In this document: piece after piece, positions 34,847-42,565 of the stretch
Layout: each line of letters begins with the position of its first letter
How positions within the stretch are numbered: the stretch's first letter is position 1
IMG/VR virus record: IMGVR_UViG_3300037440_000606
Coordinates: 1-47,978 of that record
Strand: one strand, 5' to 3'
Origin: a virus
Lineage: Duplodnaviria > Caudoviricetes
DNA: 47,978 bases
Notes under the pieces: generated by a model
Databases searched by the model: none
What the model saw: only the letters and a program-made list of their open reading frames with translations
What the model was told of the DNA's origin: nothing
Made by a program: the position numbers and the translations under genes

Positions 34847-35059
34847 CTACGCTCCTTCTTCTTCGGCGCCGACCGCAGCCGGCTGATCCTTGGTCCTGCG
34901 GCGCCGGGTCGGCGCCGGGTCCTCATCGACGGTGGGCGCAGGTGGCGGTGCCGGCGGGTCCGTCGGCACCCAACCGGATTGGGTCCACACCGGCACCGAG
35001 CTGGCCGGCACCTGAGCCTTCGTGTCCAGCTTCGGGTGGTAGATCCATGCCATGATCAC
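34847..35059 (-). CDS. Small hypothetical protein
   Basis: HP.L.....P...V..W...GW motif commonly found before the major tail gene. Confidence 0.6.
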   Translation of the reverse strand: MIMAWIYHPKLDTKAQVPASSVPVWTQSGWVPTDPPAPPPAPTVDEDPAPTRRRRTKDQPAAVGAEEEGA

Positions 35060-35373
35060 GAGATCACCTCGAAGGTCACCGACGTCTCCAGCGACCAGGT
35101 GAGCGCCACCAGCCCGTCGGTCGGATTGCGGTAGGTGGCCGTGGCCCGCACGTACCGGGCCTCACCCGCAGGGACCGCCACAGTCCGGTCGGCCACGGCC
35201 AGGTCACCGTCGACGGTCTGCGGGGTGACCATGGTCATCGTGATCGAGCTGCCCGACCCGTTGATGACGCGCACGAGCGAGTCGGGTCGCACCTTGTCCC
35301 CGCTGGCCGACGCCGCGTTCGCCGTCGCCTCGATCCCCGTGGTCGTCACGGGCTCGGTTGCCACTGTGGCCAT
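35056..35373 (-). CDS. Small virion structural protein
   Basis: Beta-rich 105 aa; AAGGAG RBS. Confidence 0.65.
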   Translation of the reverse strand: MATVATEPVTTTGIEATANAASASGDKVRPDSLVRVINGSGSSITMTMVTPQTVDGDLAVADRTVAVPAGEARYVRATATYRNPTDGLVALTWSLETSVTFEVIS

Positions 35374-35388
35374 GCCTGGTCTCCTTGG

Positions 35389-35820
35389 TTAGTGCCATCC
35401 GCGACGGCTGGCCGCGGCTGCTACCGCCTTATCGGCGGCATCGACGAATCGTTGGCGGCCACCGGCGCGTAAGGCGGGGATGATGTAGGGCCGGGTCTCC
35501 TGCTGCACCCACCGCTCCCGGTTGCCGAACACCGGATGCCGGAAGCCGCGGCGGTCCTGGCCGAACTCGTACAGCCGGGAATGCGGCGCCAGGCGGGTTG
35601 AGACGACGATGGCCACACCCGGGGTCTTGCGGGAGCGGGACATCCGCAGCCGCATCGCCGCCGGGATACGGGTCGACCACGATGCGCGGTTCCGTGCGTC
35701 GGCGAGCAGCGGCTGACCGGCGCGCAGGACCTCCGGCCGCAACTCCTTGCGCAGCTCCTCGGGCAGCGCGCCCAGGTCGACGATCAGCTTGCGTACTGCG
35801 TCCCCACCGGTGATAGGCAT
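35389..35820 (-). CDS. HK97 gp10-like neck / tail completion protein
   Basis: APH...YEFG....FRHPVFG...W..Q..RPY..PA. Confidence 0.75.
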   Translation of the reverse strand: MPITGGDAVRKLIVDLGALPEELRKELRPEVLRAGQPLLADARNRASWSTRIPAAMRLRMSRSRKTPGVAIVVSTRLAPHSRLYEFGQDRRGFRHPVFGNRERWVQQETRPYIIPALRAGGRQRFVDAADKAVAAAASRRGWH

Positions 35821-35871
35821 CCGACTGTTCACCCCTGCCGCCGCTCGCCGGGCTGGTGTAGCGTGCGCGGC

Positions 35872-36231
35872 ATGACCAGCCAGAAACATGCCGCGCACGC
35901 GGCTCAGTCGCTAACCGGTGTCTGGCACGACACCTCCGGAATCCGCACCGAATTCCTGCAGGATGACGCCGGCTGGTGCGCGTACACCTACCTGACCCGC
36001 CGCGGACGGTTCCCCTCGGCCAAGACCGACTTTGACACCGTCGATCAGGTCCGCTACGCCATCGCCCGACTCGAAGCGGGCGGCCACATCCGGCAACCCG
36101 ACCTGGTGCCGGCGACGCCGTTGACGGTGGCCCAGGAGGCCGGCAGGCAGTGGACGTCGCTGCCGCACGTTCTCGGCGCCGGGGTGCTGCTACTGCTGAT
36201 TCTGGTCGTCGGATTCAGCCTGATGAGCTAG
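35872..36231 (+). CDS. Antisense-oriented moron with a C-terminal TM anchor
   Basis: Fills the gap between neck genes; TAGCGT 7 nt before ATG; LGAGVLLLLILVVGFSLMS. Confidence 0.65.
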   Translation: MTSQKHAAHAAQSLTGVWHDTSGIRTEFLQDDAGWCAYTYLTRRGRFPSAKTDFDTVDQVRYAIARLEAGGHIRQPDLVPATPLTVAQEAGRQWTSLPHVLGAGVLLLLILVVGFSLMS

Positions 36232-36677
36232 TAGTCGAACGCGTCGCACGACACCACGAACGTGATCGTCGCACTCGCACCGCTGGCCGAGTCCTCGCCA
36301 CCGTCGATCTGCACCTGGTCGTAGTCGACCAGCCGCGGCCGGGCGCGCATCACCGTCTCACCCAGAGTCTGGTCGCGGCGCAGCTCGGCAACCAGCGTGT
36401 CGTACAACGCGAACACCCGATCCCGCACCGGTTTGGTCGCGGTCTCACCAGAGAACGCGTTCAGATGGCAGGCGACGTCGTACTGTTCACGGTCGTCGAC
36501 ACCGGCGGACTCGCGGGACAGGTCCACGCTCACCGACGGCCGCTCCGGCGACCAGCCGATGACCACCAGATCGTCGGCCAGGTCCCCCACCGGCTGCCCG
36601 TCGTGCACCTGCACATCGGGCAACGCGGCCTGGGTGGCCACGATCAGCGCCTCCAGCGCAGCCCGGACGGTGCTCAT
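36228..36677 (-). CDS. Tail terminator-like protein
   Basis: V.V.DG.P, LR.D.TLG motifs; position in the neck module. Confidence 0.7.
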   Translation of the reverse strand: MSTVRAALEALIVATQAALPDVQVHDGQPVGDLADDLVVIGWSPERPSVSVDLSRESAGVDDREQYDVACHLNAFSGETATKPVRDRVFALYDTLVAELRRDQTLGETVMRARPRLVDYDQVQIDGGEDSASGASATITFVVSCDAFDY

Positions 36678-37519
36678 GCAAACCCGCCGGCCTGCGACGA
36701 ACCGCCCAGCAGCTCCACCGCCCGACGTGGCACCGAGAACGCCACCCCAGCAGCCCGCAGCTCCAACTCCCCGGCCGTGGCCACCGGCGGGCGGCGGACG
36801 TCGCGGGAACGCTGCGTCGACCAGATGTGCTGCAGGATGATCCGCGCCGCGTGGCTGATGTTCGCCGGAACCTGCGCCCGGCCGGCCTCATAGGTCACAT
36901 CCCACGGCCCGCCGACGAACCACAGCCCAGCCGCGGCCTTCCGGGTCGCGATCCCCGCGTCCGCATCCACCACCAGGTCGGCTGGGTCGTAGCTGGTGCC
37001 GCCGGCCAGGACCGCGGCGACCGAGGTGACCGAACGCACCGGACGATGCCCCAGCACCAGTGCCGGGGTGGCAGCCGGCCGGATCCGGTCGACGAAGCTG
37101 CGCACCGCCACCGGGCCGACACCCCAGTCCGGATCGTCCTCGATCACCTGCGTCACCGCCTCAACGAACCGGCGCAGTTCGCTGTCGTCGTCGGTACGCG
37201 ACAGGTCCATGTTGAGGTGCTTTTTCGCATCATGCAGGCTGAAAATGAACGGCGGCGATGCGTCGCGGACGTCGAAAATGTCGGCGTGCGCGGTGACCGG
37301 CCCCGTGGTGGTCAGCCGCCACCGGTGTATGCCGGCCTGGACGGTGGTGTAGTCGACCCGCAGGATTCCGATCTCAGCCGGTGGCAGGGTCACGGTCGGG
37401 GTAACCGTGGTCTGGTCCGGCAGGATGATCGTCAACGTGGCAGTGGCCGGGTCGGTCAGGATTTGATCGGCGTCGCGGATGGCCATGGCCACCTGGTAAA
37501 CGTCACCAAGGTCGATCAT
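36674..37519 (-). CDS. Head-to-tail adaptor with N-terminal Ig-like extension
   Basis: SL.DAK.HLN...DD.EL, VTY.AG...VPANI..A...ILQH.W.TQR. Confidence 0.8.
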   Translation of the reverse strand: MIDLGDVYQVAMAIRDADQILTDPATATLTIILPDQTTVTPTVTLPPAEIGILRVDYTTVQAGIHRWRLTTTGPVTAHADIFDVRDASPPFIFSLHDAKKHLNMDLSRTDDDSELRRFVEAVTQVIEDDPDWGVGPVAVRSFVDRIRPAATPALVLGHRPVRSVTSVAAVLAGGTSYDPADLVVDADAGIATRKAAAGLWFVGGPWDVTYEAGRAQVPANISHAARIILQHIWSTQRSRDVRRPPVATAGELELRAAGVAFSVPRRAVELLGGSSQAGGFA

Positions 37520-39507
37520 GTGCCACCTCCTGGGACGCGTGCGATCACCATCGTGGAGGTCGGGACCTGCTGCGCGACCATGCCGGCCATGCCGCGGCGG
37601 AGCGGGTCCTGAGACACGGCAACGAGAACATCTGCAGCCTCGGTGATAGAGAAGGTTCCGGTGACCGGTGGTAGCTGGACCCCGCCGATACCGGTCAGCG
37701 TGTCCGACGCCTCGGTGACGGTTAGCGTGCCGGTGATCCCGGCGACGGCCCCGCCCGAGGCCGCAAGGGTGTCGGCGGCCTCGGGCGCGGCCAGGGTGCC
37801 GGTGACGGCCGGTAGCTCCACGTCGCCGGAGGCAACCAGGACGTCCGCGGCTTCGGTCACCGAGATGGTGCCGGTGGTCTCACCGGGTCCCGAACTCACA
37901 CCCGAGGCCGAGAGGATGTCGCCGACCTCAACGATCGCAAGCGCGCCGGTTATCTCCGGTGGGGTGGTGACACCGGATGCTGCCAGCGTGTCCGCCGCTT
38001 CGGTGACCGCCAAAGACCCGGACACACCGGGTGCAGCGTGGGTGCCCGAACCGGCCAGGGTGTCGTTAGCCTCAGTGACCGCCAAGGTGCCGGTAATGCT
38101 GGGGACCGTAACCGTGCCTGTAGCAGCCAGGCTGTCATCGGCCTCGGTCACGACCAGCGTTCCGGTCGACCCGGGTCCGGCGGCCGCGCCCGAGGCAGCC
38201 AGCGTGTCGGCCGCTTCGGTGACCGCCAGGGTGCCGGTGATCGGCGGCGGGATGGCCGTTCCCGAACCGGCGAGGGTATCCGCGACCTCGGTGACCGCCA
38301 GGGTGCCGGAGATCGCCGTTACCTCGGCGACCGAGAACTCCACCCACGAGTCAGCATTGTTGATGCTCAACGTGAAGCTACGGGAGCCGCCGCCGCCCGC
38401 CTTCCGCAGCCAGAGCGACACCGAGAGTTTGTCACCGGCGGTGAACGGGCCGACCAGCACCATGGTCTGCGTTTTCACACCGGTGGTGTTGTGCGCGGAT
38501 GAGGCCGTGGAGAACTCTTGCTCCACGTCGGAGCTGTTGTACCGATGGACTATCCACTGGTATTGGAGCGTGCTGGCCGACACTGCCGCCATTGAGATGG
38601 ACGTGTCGATTGCCACGCTGGCGTCCACCGTCGTACCGACGACCCGCCAGAACTCCAGCACCTTGATGAAGCTGCCGGAGCTGACCAAGCCCGAGCCCAC
38701 CGTTGTGGGGGTGCCCTGGGTTTCGGACAGATCCCGGATGATGCCGCCGGCACCCGGCTCATCCTGGGTGTTGCGCAGGAAGTTTCGCGACAGGGCAAGG
38801 ATGCCGGCGTCTGCGAAGGTGAAGTCGAGGTCGGTGACGGTGGTCGGGGTACCCACGCCGATCGAGGTCTCATCGGCCCGGTTGAGGGTGAAGTCCTCGA
38901 CCATGGAGTTCGCATCGGTCTGGGAGAACTCCCACCCAGATGCCGGTTCGGCGTCCCGCCAGTTGTCCAGATGCTCGTCGAGGTTGGCCGCCTCGATCGC
39001 CGCGTCGCCGAACGTGTCGGCGGCCCAAGGCAGTTCGTTCGCCCAGAACGCCGCGGCGGCGAAGTCCCCGCTAGGCCCCTTGTTGAGATCCACGTTATTC
39101 GTGCGGATGCTGCCACCCGATGGCGACGCCCAGTCCAGTTGGGTGTCTACGGCATCCTGATGAACCCATATGCCCGTCGTAACATTCTTCAGGCTGAACC
39201 GGGGGCGCACATCCCCCGTGTCCTTGCGTGCGACGAGCAGGTGCCAGTCGCCGAAGGTTACGACCGGACCTTCTGTGGCGAAGTCGCTGGCGCCCTGCCA
39301 GAAGATGGTTCCGTTGCTCAGTACCCCGATGCCACCAAGGTCTACACCGACCACATCGAACGGCTTCACCAACCAGCGGTACACCGGGTCAGCCGATGGC
39401 CGGAACAGAACCGCGATCGTGCCGTAGGTAGCCCCGTCGACGCCGCCCAGTCCGGTTGAAAAGGCGATGTCGTCGGCGTTGCCCAGCCGGCGGACGACGG
39501 TCGACAC
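37516..39507 (-). CDS. Putative head fibre/appendage protein with lectin-like N-terminus and 10 tandem repeats
   Basis: WHLLVARK LamG-like stretch; ten ~24-aa repeats of consensus TGTLAVTEAADTLAASG. Confidence 0.65.
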   Translation of the reverse strand: MSTVVRRLGNADDIAFSTGLGGVDGATYGTIAVLFRPSADPVYRWLVKPFDVVGVDLGGIGVLSNGTIFWQGASDFATEGPVVTFGDWHLLVARKDTGDVRPRFSLKNVTTGIWVHQDAVDTQLDWASPSGGSIRTNNVDLNKGPSGDFAAAAFWANELPWAADTFGDAAIEAANLDEHLDNWRDAEPASGWEFSQTDANSMVEDFTLNRADETSIGVGTPTTVTDLDFTFADAGILALSRNFLRNTQDEPGAGGIIRDLSETQGTPTTVGSGLVSSGSFIKVLEFWRVVGTTVDASVAIDTSISMAAVSASTLQYQWIVHRYNSSDVEQEFSTASSAHNTTGVKTQTMVLVGPFTAGDKLSVSLWLRKAGGGGSRSFTLSINNADSWVEFSVAEVTAISGTLAVTEVADTLAGSGTAIPPPITGTLAVTEAADTLAASGAAAGPGSTGTLVVTEADDSLAATGTVTVPSITGTLAVTEANDTLAGSGTHAAPGVSGSLAVTEAADTLAASGVTTPPEITGALAIVEVGDILSASGVSSGPGETTGTISVTEAADVLVASGDVELPAVTGTLAAPEAADTLAASGGAVAGITGTLTVTEASDTLTGIGGVQLPPVTGTFSITEAADVLVAVSQDPLRRGMAGMVAQQVPTSTMVIARVPGGGT

Positions 39508-39517
39508 AGGTCAAGCC

Positions 39518-39814
39518 CTACCGGAGGCCCTCGACGTCATCCGAAAAAGCCCGGAAGTTCTTCGCCGACGCCAACGCCGCGGCTCCCAGGTAGATCTGCC
39601 GCAACTGTTCGAAGTCGGTGACAGCCGAGCCGATGATGGCAGCATCGCCGGCCGTGAAACCGTACGTGGCTTCCAGTCCGGCACCACCCACACCAGCGTG
39701 CCATGCATTGAACTGCCCAATGTCGGCGAACGTGTCGCGCAGCGACACCGCGAGCCGGCCGATGTTCTGGTTGATCTGGTCCTTGGTGAGCAGTGCTGCG
39801 AATCCAGCTGCCAT
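39518..39814 (-). CDS. Hypothetical virion-associated protein
   Basis: 98 aa; AAAGGA RBS. Confidence 0.6.
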   Translation of the reverse strand: MAAGFAALLTKDQINQNIGRLAVSLRDTFADIGQFNAWHAGVGGAGLEATYGFTAGDAAIIGSAVTDFEQLRQIYLGAAALASAKNFRAFSDDVEGLR

Positions 39815-39827
39815 GATGATCCTTTCC

Positions 39828-40223
39828 TTACGGGTTACCGGCGGTGATGACGAAGCTGGTCACAGACACGGCGCCACCGGTGACGATCGACACCGAGCTG
39901 AGGTTGAGGTCCGACCCAGATGTCCCCACGTCCCCATCGAGCACATGGGTAGTCCCGTCGGACTGCACCAAGCGGAACCACGTCGCCGTGTCGGTCGCGT
40001 CCGCCGCCGAATCCTGGGTGATTGCGTTGGCAGTCAACACCCCACCAGAGGCAGCCGCCGCGAACGGACTACCACAGGTCAACTCCGCCAGCAGGGTCGT
40101 TGCCGCACCGCCAGTCGCAGGCCGGGTGCCTTGGTAGATCCTCAGCAGGGCTGCGCTACCCGCACGGGTAGTGATCGCGTCCAACTTCGTGTTCCGCAGC
40201 GTCGCATGGTAAGCGATGGCCAT
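39828..40223 (-). CDS. Conserved small structural protein
   Basis: RN..LD.I.....L.IY.G.RP...LLA...A.WFR...DG.VG..G.DL.L. Confidence 0.7.
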   Translation of the reverse strand: MAIAYHATLRNTKLDAITTRAGSAALLRIYQGTRPATGGAATTLLAELTCGSPFAAAASGGVLTANAITQDSAADATDTATWFRLVQSDGTTHVLDGDVGTSGSDLNLSSVSIVTGGAVSVTSFVITAGNP

Positions 40224-40226
40224 GAC

Positions 40227-40562
40227 CTACTCCTCCTTGTGTTCCCGGTGGTACGCCGCGACCACCTCTTCGGCGATGGGACCCCGCGCCGACACGGCCA
40301 ATCCGGCCGCGGCCGCCCACTCCCGGATCTGCTTCTTGGTCCCGTTCGGCTCGTCGGCCGCAGTGGTCTGCCGCGGCGGCGCAGTGCGGGCGACCGGCGG
40401 CGTGCGTCGCGCATCGTCGTCGCCGCTGGCAGCGGCCTGGCGGTGGACGCCGGCCGCGGCCAACACCTTCCGCGCAGCCGTAGCCCGGTCACCCTGGCCA
40501 TACGCCTCAGCGTTCGCCAGCTCGTTGCGCGCCTGCACCACGTGCGGCATCTCCTTGCTCAT
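40227..40562 (-). CDS. Protein with a C-terminal Lsr2-type DNA-binding domain
   Basis: IREWAAAAGLAVSARGPIAEEVVAAY. Confidence 0.75.
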   Translation of the reverse strand: MSKEMPHVVQARNELANAEAYGQGDRATAARKVLAAAGVHRQAAASGDDDARRTPPVARTAPPRQTTAADEPNGTKKQIREWAAAAGLAVSARGPIAEEVVAAYHREHKEE

Positions 40563-40571
40563 CGCAGACTC

Positions 40572-40898
40572 CTAGCTGAACGTGAACGCGGTGGTCTTCT
40601 TGACGACACCACCCGGGGTGACGACCGTTACCGTCACCGCGCCGGCGCCATGGGCTGGGGTTGTCACCACGACCGAAGTGTCACTCGTGACGCTCAGCCC
40701 GGTGCCCGCAACGTCGTCGAACAACACCGCGACGACGCCAGACAGGTTGGTGCCGGTGACAGTCACCGCGGTACCGCCGGCCGCGGCGCCGGTAGTTGGT
40801 GACAGAGCCGGCGTGGCCGTTGGCGCCGGGTACGCCGGAGAACTCGTCGTGGCCGCCCTGACGACCTTGCCCAGGGTGACAGCTCTCTGATCTGGCAT
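40572..40898 (-). CDS. IPT/TIG Ig-like capsid decoration protein
   Basis: LSPTTG..AGGT.VTVTGTNL...V.F...TPAH.AG.V.V.V.TPGG. Confidence 0.8.
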   Translation of the reverse strand: MPDQRAVTLGKVVRAATTSSPAYPAPTATPALSPTTGAAAGGTAVTVTGTNLSGVVAVLFDDVAGTGLSVTSDTSVVVTTPAHGAGAVTVTVVTPGGVVKKTTAFTFS

Positions 40899-40937
40899 GG
40901 CTCAGCTCTCCCTTTGTTGTGCAGTGCCAGGATGGGG

Positions 40938-40983
40938 TCGGAGCGGGGCCGAGGGGGTTGCATGCCCCTCGGCCTCACTCCGA
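40938..40983 (-). terminator. Stem-loop after the major capsid gene
   Basis: Minus strand TCGGAGTGAGGCCGAGGGG...CCCCTCGGCCCCGCTCCGA; no U tract. Confidence 0.6.
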
Positions 40984-40989
40984 ACTGGA

Positions 40990-42426
40990 TCAGCTTTCGA
41001 CGCCCTGGAACGTCGGCGTGGTCAGCCCAGTGCCAGTGATCTGCTGATGCGAGTTGGCGTACCGCCTCATGGTGTAAGCAAAATATCCGAAGAGGACCAG
41101 CAGCACGCCGAGGTTGGCCGCCTTGGCCTGCTCGGCGCGGATGAACTGCGGCGCGTCCGGGTCCTCCCACAGGAACGACTCGTCCCGCGGCACCACCACC
41201 ACCGTGTCCTGGGTGCCACCGATGTTTGTTGGGATGTTGTTGTCCACGATGACCCGCATCCCGGATGGCAACACCCCGCGGAACCCAGATCCGTACGTCT
41301 CGGCCAGGTTCTCCCCGCCGTGGCGGGGGTCGATGCCCGGCTGGCCGATCAGCGGCCAGGTCGACACCATCTGGCTCTGCATCCAGTACCAGCGCCGCGA
41401 GTGCATCACGGCCACGTCCGGGTCCGCCTGACCCAGCAGTGCCGCCTCGGACGCCGACGCACCCTGCAGGATGCGCGGATACAGGTCGGCGCCGGTCGGC
41501 GCCGCGTCGTTGTACGTGATGTCCGTCGCCACCGCCAGGAGCCCGGTGGTCGCCTGGTTGATGATCGTCGAATCGAGCGTGGTGGCGAACCTGCGCTGCA
41601 GGTCCCGCATCGTGACCTCTTCGATGCCGGTGCCCCGGTCGATCGCCTGCCGGCTGACCGTCTGCTGACCAGATGCGGTCTGCACGTTCTCGGTCAGCAA
41701 CGTGTCGTCCATGTCGGTCTCGCTCACCGCATCGTTCTCGTTGGCCTGCAGCGCCGCCGAGCTGGCCGTGGTGATCCGGCTGATGTTCACCGTCATGCCT
41801 GAGGATGGAAGCGGAAGCGAGGTCATCGCGTCGGCGAACGGCCGTCGGGCCGCCACCGCGGGCGCGAACATCTCGGTCAGGTACTGGGGCACGGTCAGCC
41901 CGGCGAACGCGCCGGTCCCGGTCGCCCGCTCCAGGTACTGGCCGCGCTCGACCCGCTCCTCTGACATGTGCCGAGCCAGCCGCACCTGTGCGCTCGGGTC
42001 CTGGTACAGGAAGTTACGGGTCACGTCCATCAGGAACTCCCGGCCACCCCGGCAGTTGCCCTTGTGGTAGGTCCGCTCCTCCGAACCCACCCGGGCCACC
42101 CGGTCGTAGGCCGGCTTGGCACCCGCAGTCGTCTTCGGGTCGACGGTCCGCTCCCGCAGGCCGACCTCGATCTGCCGCTCGGCCTCCTGCGCCTCACGCG
42201 CCCGCCGCATCTTCTCGCCGATGCCTTGCAGGTCCGACTCCGACTGCTTGTGCCGCTTCATCGCCGCGTCGCAGTCGGTGTCCTCCTCGCCGGTCAGGTT
42301 CGCACGGCCGTCCGCCTTCGCCCGGGCCAAGATGCTCTTGACCTCGGCGAGCGAACGGTCACGCCGCTTCGTCGCCTGCTCCTGCTCCACCTCGATGGAC
42401 AGGATCAGATCCTCAATGGTTGCCAT
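40990..42426 (-). CDS. Major capsid protein (HK97 fold with N-terminal delta domain)
   Basis: Coiled-coil N-terminus, G.TVPQYL, SRQAIDR; GAGGAG RBS before ATG 42426. Confidence 0.9.
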   Translation of the reverse strand: MATIEDLILSIEVEQEQATKRRDRSLAEVKSILARAKADGRANLTGEEDTDCDAAMKRHKQSESDLQGIGEKMRRAREAQEAERQIEVGLRERTVDPKTTAGAKPAYDRVARVGSEERTYHKGNCRGGREFLMDVTRNFLYQDPSAQVRLARHMSEERVERGQYLERATGTGAFAGLTVPQYLTEMFAPAVAARRPFADAMTSLPLPSSGMTVNISRITTASSAALQANENDAVSETDMDDTLLTENVQTASGQQTVSRQAIDRGTGIEEVTMRDLQRRFATTLDSTIINQATTGLLAVATDITYNDAAPTGADLYPRILQGASASEAALLGQADPDVAVMHSRRWYWMQSQMVSTWPLIGQPGIDPRHGGENLAETYGSGFRGVLPSGMRVIVDNNIPTNIGGTQDTVVVVPRDESFLWEDPDAPQFIRAEQAKAANLGVLLVLFGYFAYTMRRYANSHQQITGTGLTTPTFQGVES

Positions 42427-42475
42427 GATCGGTTTGCTCCTCACAGAGTCAGCTGTTGGGCTGCTCCGCGTGCCA

Positions 42476-42563
42476 CCGATCTGAGGGTCGGCTCGCTGTC
42501 CGCGGTGCTGGTTGACGGTTTCCGGTCTGAGTGCCGGTACTACCGGGCCGGTGTGAGTGCCGG
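42476..42563 (-). repeat. Three 16-nt hairpin repeats in the capsid leader
   Basis: CCGG-CACTCACA-CCGG, CCGG-CACTCAGA-CCGG, CCGA-CCCTCAGA-TCGG on the minus strand. Confidence 0.75.
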
Positions 42564-42565
42564 TC

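Noticed and set aside
37610-38320. Periodic DNA repeats that might suggest a CRISPR array
   Set aside because: Degenerate in-frame coding repeats of the fibre protein; no constant repeat with unique spacers and no cas genes
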